Assembly (NCBI GenBank): GCA_020353515.1
Contig: CP070695.1
Span: 2,578,155 to 2,642,154, forward strand
Length of the DNA stretch: 64,000 nt
Source: Candidatus Heimdallarchaeota archaeon
Lineage (GTDB): Archaea > Asgardarchaeota > Heimdallarchaeia > Hodarchaeales > Hodarchaeaceae
Reading direction: 5' to 3'
A model generated the notes under the pieces. That model ran no database searches, was not told the DNA's origin, and worked only from the letters and a program-made list of their open reading frames with translations. Position 1 is the first letter of the stretch. Each line of letters begins with the position of its first letter. This document shows, one piece after another, positions 40,601 to 49,645 of this stretch. A program made the position numbers and the translations under genes.

Positions 40601-41309
40601 TTGCCTTGAGAATTCCCACAATCTCCACACGATCCCCAGGTCTAGCGTGATCTACTAAATCATCAAGAACATGGATGGATGTACTTTGAGGTAACTGTCC
40701 TGGTGGCAGTTCCTCTGGTTTCTCTTGTAGGGTTATCTTTTGCCAATCAATGAAAACACTCCGATCTAGCTGCAGTTGAAGAGAGCCCTTTCGCTGACAC
40801 TGTTCATTACGGCATTGATAAGGTGGAATGTAGATGCCTTCCGGAAAATCCACAATTTGGTTTTCACCACAAGAGGCACATCTAAAATGGGCACTTATCA
40901 TCAGAGGTTTGGCTTCTGTAACTCCAATGACAATACCTTCGAAACACGTGAGAATATCTAAATGCTCAGTCTTTAGAGAACGTAACATTAATCTTTCAGA
41001 TAAATCCGTTATCCTTACATGTACTTGTTTTAATCGTTCTAAATAGCCAGGACTCATTTCAGTTATTTTTGACTTTAAAATCTCCTCACCTGCAATTATA
41101 CTTACCTCTGGATTAACAAGAATTTCCTTGGCCAGTTTCGGATCTTGGATCAGTAAATCATTATAAGAAATATACAAACTCCTAGCCCCCATTGTCTCCA
41201 TCTCACGAATTTTTTCTTGATAACGTAACTGTCCTTCTTCATCTGCGAAATCTTCAATGAAGGACTCAAACCGACCTCTTATATCAAACGTAAACCCCAT
41301 GTATAGCAC
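37650..41309 (-). CDS. mcm: Replicative MCM helicase (693-aa extein) interrupted by an intein
   Basis: Zn finger, GDPGTGKS, DEFDKM, EAMEQ.., SILAAANP, LSRFD, ITPRQLESLVRL. Confidence 0.97.
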   Translation of the reverse strand: MLYMGFTFDIRGRFESFIEDFADEEGQLRYQEKIREMETMGARSLYISYNDLLIQDPKLAKEILVNPEVSIIAGEEILKSKITEMSPGYLERLKQVHVRITDLSERLMLRSLKTEHLDILTCFEGIVIGVTEAKPLMISAHFRCASCGENQIVDFPEGIYIPPYQCRNEQCQRKGSLQLQLDRSVFIDWQKITLQEKPEELPPGQLPQSTSIHVLDDLVDHARPGDRVEIVGILKARATRLLKRGQLATYGKFFHGVSISRETEEYVDIQISEEDELKIIDLSKSPYIIEKIRDSLAPSIYGHDLVKEAIASLLFGGTPKETPDGMKLRGESNILIVGDPGTGKSQILKFVSQLAPRALYTTGKGSTAAGLTAAVIRDQDTGEITLEAGALVLADQGIAMVDEFDKMRAEDRAAIHEAMEQHSYHPSFEITFSNGKKYPIGQFVDNLFDSNKEKVINGTNCEILPLQSDNNTVGTLLSTDFDSIFPLKPSHVSRHNAPNYFIKIKYSNGREITVTPEHPIFVFSGEYVDEVSAEEVKEKVFIPAVRMVNFQTDESLYSSIDQGRKKVRLPSKMEIPLARFLGYFVAEGYSYEGSSLEVGLSNTDPKITLDMKKCILETFNVEPIDNIKQGRVLRIISKSVFNYMQKNFSELMKKSLEKSIPHKIFSSGEDKKIAFLNTAFHGDGAIESEAAAYSTSSKKLAEDYQDLLLSLGIQTRIISSEYLTPKSKQRRTRYKVYIRGDSLKSFSELIIPEVNHQKIKYLLKRSLKTRGHDVLPSGVGHIIKRCMKKLGIPYNGYFQQAFKENCGIIIPVIDRYLDLLNTRINELKNEITYVTNIQEFRHITNYSQQRIGQITGNGRGSIDYIERGGYVLERRNQVLLQAKEAFTEEIKNVQKALLYIEKLKQFRWLRVNEIRRIRNTGQNKTNWVYDVTVSPTQTFINQGIVLHNTISIAKAGIVATLNARTSILAAANPRRGRWNPFKATADNLNLPPTILSRFDLIFVLEDKPDLKEDHDLATHVLKLHKSQTLTTSPPIEQDLLRKYIAYARREIHPRLSDEAEERLLEYYKELRRSSGKVEEGQLEPIAITPRQLESLVRLAEARAKMRLSNEVTYDDASGAVNLMNATLEKLAKDTETGKLDIDKYASGISARSRRQLDRIDALIDKMLGEVEEDEPVAIKDIIDRAMEEGLNKNQVVKAIDEMTRRGILFEPQQGFVKRP
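38466..40043 (-). mobile_element. Intein (526 aa) with LAGLIDADG homing endonuclease in mcm
   Basis: EAMEQH|SYHPSF...VTPEHP (block B)...LGYFVAEG / AFHGDG (LAGLIDADG)...WVYDVTV (block F)...VLHN|TISIAKAG. Confidence 0.92.
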
Positions 41310-41315
41310 TTCTTT

Positions 41316-41897
41316 TTATTCTTGAATAAATTCCGCTTTCCAATTCTGAATCCAATCTACGATCTTATCGAACAAAATTTGCTCGGTTGACGTCAAATTC
41401 CTTTTTCTCTGAGCAAGTACCTGTCTACTATCGGTCATTTTGACTAGTTTTGAGATTCTTTCCTGAATCAACTGGTTAAATTTTGTTTTTTGTCTTTTCT
41501 GCTCTAATTCACTGAATTGCGACTCCTTTTCCTCCATCGCAAGAAAATGATCCTTCAACAAGACATTAAAGTATGGATGAAGAGGCTGTAATTCACCCAC
41601 ACGAACTTCTTTACGAACTGATCCTTCTAATTCGGGCAAACTAATGGGAAAATTAGATTTAAAGTCTTCAATCATTGAGCTTTCATGTAATATTTCCGCA
41701 ATGAAATATGGAACCTCAATTTGACTTCCTTGTGAGGAAGCTGGAATATTAATATGTTCAAATGAAAATCCAGAAAAATTTTGTAAAAATTTCACAGAAA
41801 CATTACTTTCAGTGAGCTCGAATCGTATTCTTTCCAGCTCTTTCATCATTTCTATTTGTTTACCCGTTTTTATTGTTGATCCAGAGACTTTTGGCAA
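41316..41897 (-). CDS. gins23: GINS23 (Psf2/Psf3-like) subunit
   Basis: B-A domain order: EVPYFIAEIL then LQPLHPYF...ERISKLVK...NLTSTEQILF; directly upstream of mcm. Confidence 0.75.
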   Translation of the reverse strand: MPKVSGSTIKTGKQIEMMKELERIRFELTESNVSVKFLQNFSGFSFEHINIPASSQGSQIEVPYFIAEILHESSMIEDFKSNFPISLPELEGSVRKEVRVGELQPLHPYFNVLLKDHFLAMEEKESQFSELEQKRQKTKFNQLIQERISKLVKMTDSRQVLAQRKRNLTSTEQILFDKIVDWIQNWKAEFIQE

Positions 41898-42256
41898 AAA
41901 ATCACTTCTTATAAGCGGGTTGAGGAATGCAATATTTTAACTTAATCAAAACCTCAATTAAGAATGTCATTATAATCTCTTTGTTGTCCTATATACTCTA
42001 TATTCAGTATTGTAGCGCCTATAACAACAAGTATGATTCGTCAATCCTAGAATAAAAGAGCTTTCTCCTCTTATTAAAAAGAAATTATTCTTCTAGATTA
42101 AATTTAACCTGATTAAATAGTTGTAATCATATAAAAACGTAAAATTTTCTTTCGAGATTAACTGATAAATCTATTGAATACTAATATATTCAAAACAAAT
42201 TCCTTATTGAACCTGTGTGTTTATTTCATTCCGAAATATCAGTGTATTGACGTCAA

Positions 42257-43477
42257 CTAGCTTTTTTGGAACCGCCTGGAAAGAAATACTTCAATACGTT
42301 CAATTAGTACTGCTGCGGGTACATCATGAATTGTTAAGCGTGCACGAACCCCCTTTCGTCCCTTTACTCCCTTGGTCACTTTTCCCAATATCCCGATAGC
42401 CTCTAATGTGGATAAGTAATTTCGGAAAGCCGCCTCAGCATTTGGTCGTACATCCCATTCTTCACAAATTATTCGGTAGTTTTTGAATGAGTGTTCTATT
42501 GTTGTTGCTGTAATCCCTTTATGATGTAATCTCCTCGCAATACTTAATGCTGCAAACAGTTCGTGGGTTTTTAGCTCTTCTAGGATGTCCGCGCGTAATT
42601 CAGGGAATACATCATTCTTAGCTTTTCTAATTAACTCTGGTGCAAGCTCGTCAAATCTTTGTTGATCTGCTTCTCGGCCTGCCCTATAGAGGATCTCAAT
42701 TCCATGGCGTAAATTCTTTGTTTGATCTGCGATTTCTGCTACCATTGTAAGAATGTCATCTGAGAGAGCTGTCGTTTTAAACGCTAATTGGGCTCGATAT
42801 TCAAGTATCCTTTTTGTTTCTTCTAACGAATATGTATTAAATTGTATTACATCAGCAATTCGTTGTGAAACCATTGAGGATAATGTTACTTTCCACTCTG
42901 TTGGACGACTAATCATTATTAATGAAATACGATGTTCAGCTCCGAACTCTTCGGGAAGATGGATGAATCCACGAATATCCTTTTGAGGTAATACACTCAC
43001 TTCATCTAGTATTAGTACTAGATAAGCTTGTTCAGAGTTTAATCGTCGAATTAAGATGTCTGTAGATTCCTCATCACTAAACCCTCTACTAGCTACTCCA
43101 AACTGATCTCGAAGAAAGCTTCTTAGAATGGAAGTCTTCGTGCGTGTCGTCCAGCAATTCTTGTAATCAGTGTATAACTTAATATGATAGCGATCAGCCA
43201 TTGTTCGAAGATGATCTACCGTGTATCTTGCTGTAACTGTTTTTCCAACACCTGCAGGGCCAGTTAGAGCAACATTGGTTGAAAAACCTTCGATTCCTCT
43301 ATTTTCAGTTAAAAATAAAGGTCTGAAGTTTTGACTTAAACGACGGATATCATCCTCCCTATATCTCAGTTCTTCAGGAATGTAGGCTTGATTAAGTGTT
43401 TTTTCTCCTCCTTCCTTGAAAATAGATGACGAAAAAACTGCATCCCGAATTATATCAACTGATTTCTTATCATTCAT
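42257..43477 (-). CDS. cdc6: Orc1/Cdc6 replication initiator
   Basis: YIPEELRYRE, GPAGVGKT, LILDEV, FNTYS..IL..R, C-terminal wHTH. Confidence 0.93.
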   Translation of the reverse strand: MNDKKSVDIIRDAVFSSSIFKEGGEKTLNQAYIPEELRYREDDIRRLSQNFRPLFLTENRGIEGFSTNVALTGPAGVGKTVTARYTVDHLRTMADRYHIKLYTDYKNCWTTRTKTSILRSFLRDQFGVASRGFSDEESTDILIRRLNSEQAYLVLILDEVSVLPQKDIRGFIHLPEEFGAEHRISLIMISRPTEWKVTLSSMVSQRIADVIQFNTYSLEETKRILEYRAQLAFKTTALSDDILTMVAEIADQTKNLRHGIEILYRAGREADQQRFDELAPELIRKAKNDVFPELRADILEELKTHELFAALSIARRLHHKGITATTIEHSFKNYRIICEEWDVRPNAEAAFRNYLSTLEAIGILGKVTKGVKGRKGVRARLTIHDVPAAVLIERIEVFLSRRFQKS

Positions 43478-43659
43478 GTTTTATAGAAGCCTCCTCCAAT
43501 TTCTTGGAGCATTACGTAAAAACATGCATTGCTAAAGCAGTAGGGTATGTTTTACTTGAAAATGTTCCCTAATAAATATGCCTTGTTGTTATAAATAGAC
43601 CTGAAAATTGAATCCATGTCTCAGGAAAACTTTAGAAAATTAGTCATGAAAAGGACACT

Positions 43660-44163
43660 TTATTGGAAAAACTTATCACAACTTTTCAAATCAGGAATAT
43701 CGCTCAAAACCTTTTTTAGATACCGTATAGATTCATGGGTAGCTTCTAAGATTTCATCTTCAATGAAGGGATAACCATCAAGTTTCTTAGGTTCAAGGGG
43801 AGTATCTATTAGAATGGGACTCACTTCCATATCGAATTTGTCTAGACAGAAATCAACCCAATCAGGAGGGGAGTCTGTTGGAATTGAAATTTCCGCGATA
43901 CCTGCTAAAATCGCCAGCCAGACACGAGTAACTGAATCAGGATTATAGCCGCCATCTCCTAATAGCAATAACCGACCCTGGGCACTACCCTGCCGACTTA
44001 ATTCAGCTATCCTTTTCCCTAGGTAGGAATATACATTCGTGGTTAATGCAAGGTGCCCTAGAAAGTCACGATAGTGGCCATCTGCACCACACTGCCAAAT
44101 AACGAATTCAGGATCAAATTGTTCCCAGATACAAGGTATAATGTTCTCGAAAGTCATTATATA
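43660..44163 (-). pseudogene. Truncated duplicate of the HDAC 3' portion
   Basis: Matches the last ~165 aa of ORF 44757-45968; lacks HH and DxH catalytic motifs; GGGGY changed to GDGGY. Confidence 0.85.
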
Positions 44164-44709
44164 TGTATCTTAAGGATACCCCGACTTCATGTGAAAAATT
44201 CATTAAAGAAAAATAAATTTAAGAATTATGATAGAATTTTAGAGGACGCTTTGAAAACTCTTTTCTCAATTGATGATGAATCTGATACCGTTTTTCTACA
44301 GGTCACAGTGTATCATCCCGATGAAGTAGCTATCTCAGGATGTAGAATGTTCAATAAGGAAGTTTTAACAACAATTCGTAAACTTGGTGGGGGTGTTGGA
44401 GTAATTAATTTTGGTGTCTTATGCAGCGGGAATGGAACAAGAAAATTGGGTGAAATTTATGAGGCCATTAAATGGGCAAAGACTCATCCTAGTGCCATCT
44501 CTCTCCCAGTAGGCTATGATAGAGTTATCTATGATGCAGAAGAACGATTAAAGAATCTAGAAATATAAGGCGTGACTAGAATCCAGCTCAAGGAGATGAA
44601 AGAGGTTTTTGGTGATGTTGATAATCCAAGAACAACTAATTGGGATGAATTCACAAAATTTTTGATTCGGTTTCTTGATTATTATCACAGCAAATTCATT
44701 TTTCAGTAG
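44160..44709 (+). pseudogene. Headless gene remnant with internal stop
   Basis: Frame reads protein-like through TAA at 44566-44568 (NLEI*GVTRIQLKEMKEVFGDVDNPRTTNWDEF...) to TAG 44709; 5' end fused to the HDAC fragment. Confidence 0.5.
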
Positions 44710-44756
44710 CTTTTTAGTTCTTCCTACCTTCCCATTAAGAGATTAAAGCATAATGA

Positions 44757-45968
44757 TTAAATCTGTAGGAATTGTTTACAACCTTTCCAATCAGGAATGT
44801 CGCTTAAAACCTTTTTCAAATAGCGAATGGATTCGTGGGTCGCTTCTAAAATCTCATCCTCAATAAAGGGATAACCATCAAGTTTTCTCCAATCAAGTTC
44901 TGGATCTTCTAAACTGGGACTGACCTCAAAATTAAACTCTTGTAAACAATAGTCAATCCATTCAGGAGGAGACATTTTGGGTATCTCTACACCTGTAATA
45001 CTAGCCAAAATTGCTAACCAAACCCGAGCAACAGAATCAGGATTGTATCCTCCCCCTCCTAATAACAATAATCGCCCTTGTGCACTTCCCAGCCGACTTA
45101 ATTCAGCAATCCTCTTGCCCAAGTAGGAATATACTTTCGTGGTTAATGCAAGGTGCCCTAGAAAGTCACGATAATGACCATCTGCGCCACACTGCCAAAT
45201 AACGAATTCGGGGTCAAATTCCTCCCAAATACACGGAACAATATTCTCGAAAGTCATGATATACAGGTTATCCCACGTTCCTGGAAAGAATGGGATATTT
45301 ATTGTGTAACCAAGTCCTTCATTTTCCCCGATTTCATCATGGTGTCCTGTGCCTGGAAACAAGTAGCGTCCTGATTCGTGAGTAGAAATGGCTAGAACTT
45401 TTTTATCCCTATAAAAAGCATGTAATACTCCATCACCATGATGAACATCCGTATCAATATAAAGTACCCGCTTAATTCCATATTCTTGCTGGAGATACTT
45501 GATTGCAATAACTACATCGTTATAATAACAAAATCCAGCTGCTCTATCCTCAAAAGCGTGATGTAATCCCCCAAGAATTGCAAAAGCTTGTTGTACATCT
45601 CCATTTTGAATTCGTTTCACACCCTCAAGGGCTCCTCCCACCACTAAGCGAGCTGCTTCATGCATTTCTGGAAATACGGGACAATCACCAGTTCCCAACC
45701 CCATTCTCAATCGAGCTCCTCCTCCAGCTTCTGATAATGCCTTCATGGCTTTTAAATAGGGAAGAGAATGATAGAGAAGGATGTCTGAATCTGTAGCTGG
45801 AGAAGGGGTAAGAATTTGGATTTCGGGCAATTCGAACAGTTCAAGACTCTTAAATAATTGATAAGGGATAGTTAAACGTTTAGGATTCATAGGATGCCCT
45901 TCTCCTAAATTGTATTCAAGATATTGGTCTGACCATATAATCCCCGTTTTCACCATACTTTCTATCAC
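44757..45968 (-). CDS. Class I histone deacetylase / AcuC-like Zn deacetylase
   Basis: HPMNPKR, GDCPVF, GGLHHA, GFCY, DTDVHHGDG, QCGAD, GGGGY. Confidence 0.93.
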   Translation of the reverse strand: MIESMVKTGIIWSDQYLEYNLGEGHPMNPKRLTIPYQLFKSLELFELPEIQILTPSPATDSDILLYHSLPYLKAMKALSEAGGGARLRMGLGTGDCPVFPEMHEAARLVVGGALEGVKRIQNGDVQQAFAILGGLHHAFEDRAAGFCYYNDVVIAIKYLQQEYGIKRVLYIDTDVHHGDGVLHAFYRDKKVLAISTHESGRYLFPGTGHHDEIGENEGLGYTINIPFFPGTWDNLYIMTFENIVPCIWEEFDPEFVIWQCGADGHYRDFLGHLALTTKVYSYLGKRIAELSRLGSAQGRLLLLGGGGYNPDSVARVWLAILASITGVEIPKMSPPEWIDYCLQEFNFEVSPSLEDPELDWRKLDGYPFIEDEILEATHESIRYLKKVLSDIPDWKGCKQFLQI

Positions 45969-46157
45969 CTTGATTACATTTTATCCCTTTTTATTGTTGA
46001 TAACTGTTCCTATTAGACTTATAGAGTAGCTTAAAATCCGTTCTATTACGATAACCAACAAATTCCCTAGGTAATCGTTAATCTTTTAAATTACCAGTAT
46101 AAATGTTGAATTGTCATTGACAATACTTGAAATTTAAATCACGGGGACAAAGTAAGA

Positions 46158-46757
46158 ATGTCTAAAAAAAATGCTAAGATTAGTGTCCTAGGATTAGATA
46201 GAGCTGGAAAAACTACTATGCTTCAAAGATTGAAGACTGGTCGCTGGATACCAGATACAACCCCCACAATAGGTATGAACGCAGAAACAATACAAATTGG
46301 TGATGTCACTTTCTCAGCCTGGGATCTTGGAGGGCAACTGCAGTTCAGAAGAGCGCTTTGGGAAATGTATACCAAAAACTCTGCAGGATTAATTTATGTA
46401 GTTGATGTAAGTGACCCAGCACGTTATCCTGAGGCTAGGAGCAATCTGTGGCGTATGTTGAAAATGAACCACTTGAAGGATATCCCATTAGCGATTTTTG
46501 CGAACAAGGTTGATCTTCTTGAAAGAAATAAAACAGAGTTAAATGAAGAAGACCTAGCTAATTTTATGGGAATTAATAAAAAAATGAGTCGGGTTTTGAA
46601 TATTTTCAGGACAAGTGCAAAAACAGGAGAAGGGATCCATAAGGGAATTTATTGGCTAGCAGATGCAATACAAGAAGGAAGACAGGTTTCCATGGATTTG
46701 TATCAGATTAAATCCCTGTTTGGCCGATCTTCAACTCTCCAAAGCATGACTGGATAA
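46158..46757 (+). CDS. Arf-like small GTPase
   Basis: GLDRAGKTT, TPTIG, WDLGGQ, R.LW..Y, NKVD, TSAKTGEG; no Gly2 or N-terminal amphipathic helix. Confidence 0.93.
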   Translation: MSKKNAKISVLGLDRAGKTTMLQRLKTGRWIPDTTPTIGMNAETIQIGDVTFSAWDLGGQLQFRRALWEMYTKNSAGLIYVVDVSDPARYPEARSNLWRMLKMNHLKDIPLAIFANKVDLLERNKTELNEEDLANFMGINKKMSRVLNIFRTSAKTGEGIHKGIYWLADAIQEGRQVSMDLYQIKSLFGRSSTLQSMTG

Positions 46758-46768
46758 AATCAAGCTGG

Positions 46769-47446
46769 TCAGAAATTTGTTTCGGCTTGACGTAAAGCAC
46801 GACGAATAAGATCAATATCCTCGTTATATAAATGATCAATTTCTTTCAGAAGCCAGTTCTCCGCTTGAGCTATGGATGAGGCGTTTTTAAGTAGAATTCC
46901 TTTTAACAATAACCTTGCTCCTTGAAAGAAATAGCTATTAACAATGGAAGGAGGCAACACCAATGCTAATTCAGACATTAAATGAGCTGCTGTAAAAACA
47001 TCCTTCCCTAAATACATACTGAGAATAGCACACGAATAGTTCATTGCAGCATTCTCATAGAAATTCAGTTCAAGATGTTTTTTGCCTGCTGCTAAATATG
47101 CATCTTTAGCTGCTAAAAATCTTGGGCCTTCTATCTCATCTAAAGTGAGTGGACGTTTTACTGGAACATGTTGGAGTAAAGATCCGAAATCTCCCCGACG
47201 TAATTCTTTGAGGATATCACTTGTAATATTATCCTCAATGATAAGGGAATCTGGTTCTTGGAGTGATGGTTTTGCAGGAGATTCAGGAAGGGGAGGACGC
47301 GATAAAATATCTTGCGATTCTGAAAGAGGAGGAGGAAGATCAGAGGGAGGAGAAGGGGGATGATTAAACACCGAAGGAGGTGTAGGAAGATCTCTAACGT
47401 CAGTTTTTGTGTCCTTTCTTCTGTATGGACGCTTTGAGGGTGACAT
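46769..47446 (-). CDS. Polyproline + WH2-like motif + TPR/SNAP-like helical protein
   Basis: PTPP..PPSPPSDLPPP; ITSDILKELRRGDFGSLLQHV; AKDAYLAAGKKHLELNFYENAAMNY; start chosen at ATG 47446. Confidence 0.6.
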   Translation of the reverse strand: MSPSKRPYRRKDTKTDVRDLPTPPSVFNHPPSPPSDLPPPLSESQDILSRPPLPESPAKPSLQEPDSLIIEDNITSDILKELRRGDFGSLLQHVPVKRPLTLDEIEGPRFLAAKDAYLAAGKKHLELNFYENAAMNYSCAILSMYLGKDVFTAAHLMSELALVLPPSIVNSYFFQGARLLLKGILLKNASSIAQAENWLLKEIDHLYNEDIDLIRRALRQAETNF

Positions 47447-47579
47447 AAAGCCTCTCCGTAAAAATAATTGGCTTAGTTTTTCTAGGTATTTGTACTGCAA
47501 AGGCCTATAAAAATACTTGCAGGTCTTCTGTTTAATAGATACTTTTTATCGAATTCGGGTACTTTTCGGAAGGTATTAC

Positions 47580-48158
47580 ATGGAAATTGAAATGAAAATT
47601 CCTTTAAAAGCACAGTATTCCCCTGAAAATGTAATGTCAAACCTTTTAAATGAATTTGGTAGCACTTCTGAAGAAATTAGTCAAACAGATTATTATTTTT
47701 CGAGTCCAATCCATAATTTCGCGATTACAGATGAAGCTCTTCGAGTGCGGCAAATTCGAGGTAAATCAGGAAAAAAAGAGACTGAAATCACCTATAAAGG
47801 TCCAAAACAGGGCAAAAGTATGAAAATCAGAGAAGAGATAACAATTTTAACATATAGCAACAATGTACAAAAATTCCTACAATGTCTAGGTTTTTCTCTC
47901 TTTGGTGTTGTGAAAAAGAAGAGAATGAATTGGTTTGTCGATGATCTAGTGATTTCACTTGATGAAGTAGAAGATCTAGGTTTTTTTATGGAGATTGAAA
48001 TAACTACACTCTCTGAAAATTCAGAGAATATTTTTAACAGTAAGGAAAGAATCATTCGAATTGTAAAAAAGCTTATTCCTGATTGGGCTGGGGAAGATGA
48101 AAGGAAATCATATTTGGAACTAAAAATAGCTAAGCAGTTCAATGCCCAAGGAACTTAG
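47580..48158 (+). CDS. cyaB: CYTH-domain protein (class IV adenylate cyclase-like)
   Basis: MEIEMK, QTDYYF, EALRVR, TYKGP, REE, VKKKR, LDEV..LG.FMEIE, SYLEL. Confidence 0.9.
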   Translation: MEIEMKIPLKAQYSPENVMSNLLNEFGSTSEEISQTDYYFSSPIHNFAITDEALRVRQIRGKSGKKETEITYKGPKQGKSMKIREEITILTYSNNVQKFLQCLGFSLFGVVKKKRMNWFVDDLVISLDEVEDLGFFMEIEITTLSENSENIFNSKERIIRIVKKLIPDWAGEDERKSYLELKIAKQFNAQGT

Positions 48159-48161
48159 ATT

Positions 48162-49094
48162 ATGAGAGAAAATATAATTCCAGAGGAATTTATTAACCGA
48201 TGGGAGAGATTTTATGGAACATCTCGAACCAAAACTATCGTTACCAATCTTAAACAAACTGATCCCAGATTTATTGTTCATAATTCACTGAAAACTGAAT
48301 TAAATTATTTAAAGTCACAATTAGAGAAAAAAGGATTTGAATTTGAGAAGGTAAAAGATTTTAATGGGCTATTTGTGAAGTTTGAACCTTTTAATATAGT
48401 TTCCACCCCTGAATATTTGGCAGGAATGTTTTCTATTCAAGCTATCTCTTCGTTAATCCCTCCATTAAGCATTAATCCTTCTCCAAACAATATTGTGGTG
48501 GATTTAACTGCCTCTCCAGGCATAAAGACTTGTTTATTGGCTCAACAGATGACCAATCAAGGCACGATTATTGCTATTGAAATATCAAAACAAAGAATAC
48601 CAGCATTAAAATCAAATGTTGCTAGAATGGGTGTTACAAACACCATTATTTTTAATTTTGACGCTTTATTGTTCCCTAAATTAGATATTACTGTGGATTA
48701 TATTCTTTTAGACGCTCCCTGTTCAGGATCTGGGCTTAGTCTTTCCAAAAATAAGCGATTAGAACCTAGAATATTAGATGACATACCTAGGCAATCACAA
48801 CGACAAAAAGATCTACTAGAAGCTGCTTGGAGACAACTAAACCCAGAAGGAACCCTTGTTTATTCTACCTGCAGCTTAGAACCTGAAGAGGGGGAAGTGC
48901 AGATCAGTAACTTTCTTGAACAACATGAAGAGGAAGTATTCCTTCTTCCTATTCCATTCAACATTGGTATGCCAGGTAATAAAACAAATTGGACACACTC
49001 TCTCCATCCTCAATTATCAAAAACCAAACGGATCTTTCCTAAACAAGGATATGACGGATTTTTCACAGCTCTGCTGAAAAAAGTGATTTTATGA
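48162..49094 (+). CDS. RsmB/Nop2/NSUN RNA m5C methyltransferase
   Basis: DLTASPGIKT, DAPCSGSG, YSTCS..PEEGE, DGFF. Confidence 0.9.
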   Translation: MRENIIPEEFINRWERFYGTSRTKTIVTNLKQTDPRFIVHNSLKTELNYLKSQLEKKGFEFEKVKDFNGLFVKFEPFNIVSTPEYLAGMFSIQAISSLIPPLSINPSPNNIVVDLTASPGIKTCLLAQQMTNQGTIIAIEISKQRIPALKSNVARMGVTNTIIFNFDALLFPKLDITVDYILLDAPCSGSGLSLSKNKRLEPRILDDIPRQSQRQKDLLEAAWRQLNPEGTLVYSTCSLEPEEGEVQISNFLEQHEEEVFLLPIPFNIGMPGNKTNWTHSLHPQLSKTKRIFPKQGYDGFFTALLKKVIL

Positions 49095-49636
49095 GATTTT
49101 ACAAGAAATTAGTAAATGAAGAGAAAAATTTGGTTGAGACAACCATCAATCATATTCTCGACTTTAATATCTCCAATATTATTGCAGGAAAAGAGCTTAT
49201 AAAAATTATTGGCCATAGATTCGATATATATCTAATTCAGCAGGAAGATTTGTCTCTATTCAATCTTTTCTCCACTCAGTTTCTTCAAACAAATTTTAAC
49301 ATTGTACATGCTAGAATAAAACTAGGCTTTTTCATTCATGAGAAATTCCTAATTGGTATTGAGTCACTCACGTTTCTTGCTCCTTATGCACGAAGAAGAA
49401 TTCAATTAGATGCACGTAATACAAATAATTTTATTTATGGTAAAGATGTTGATATTGACACTCTTTCATTAAAACAACAAATAAAACATCTTGATGATGG
49501 CCCCACTGTCATGATTTTTTCTAATACAGACATTCCAATTGGATATGCAAAGATTAGATCTAATGGAACAAATAAATGGCTGCAGAATTTGATAGATATC
49601 GGAATTTACATACGTTCAGAAAAAAGCGCATTTTAA
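49091..49636 (+). CDS. Nip7-like PUA-domain ribosome biogenesis protein
   Basis: FIYGKDV, DIPIGYA, NLIDIGIYIRSE; coupled to the Nop2-like gene. Confidence 0.75.
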   Translation: MRFYKKLVNEEKNLVETTINHILDFNISNIIAGKELIKIIGHRFDIYLIQQEDLSLFNLFSTQFLQTNFNIVHARIKLGFFIHEKFLIGIESLTFLAPYARRRIQLDARNTNNFIYGKDVDIDTLSLKQQIKHLDDGPTVMIFSNTDIPIGYAKIRSNGTNKWLQNLIDIGIYIRSEKSAF

Positions 49637-49645
49637 CGTTTGATC

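Noticed and set aside
41898-43659. Replication origin beside cdc6
   Set aside because: Flanks are AT-rich and there is a small CTCCAA-N4-TTGGAG inverted repeat, but no repeated ORB boxes or G-strings were recognisable
44074-44568. 164-aa ORF as an intact gene
   Set aside because: First ~30 codons are antisense of the HDAC fragment and the frame continues past the stop; called a remnant
44566-44568. Stop-codon recoding (Sec/Pyl)
   Set aside because: The stop is TAA within a degraded region; no SECIS or pyl evidence
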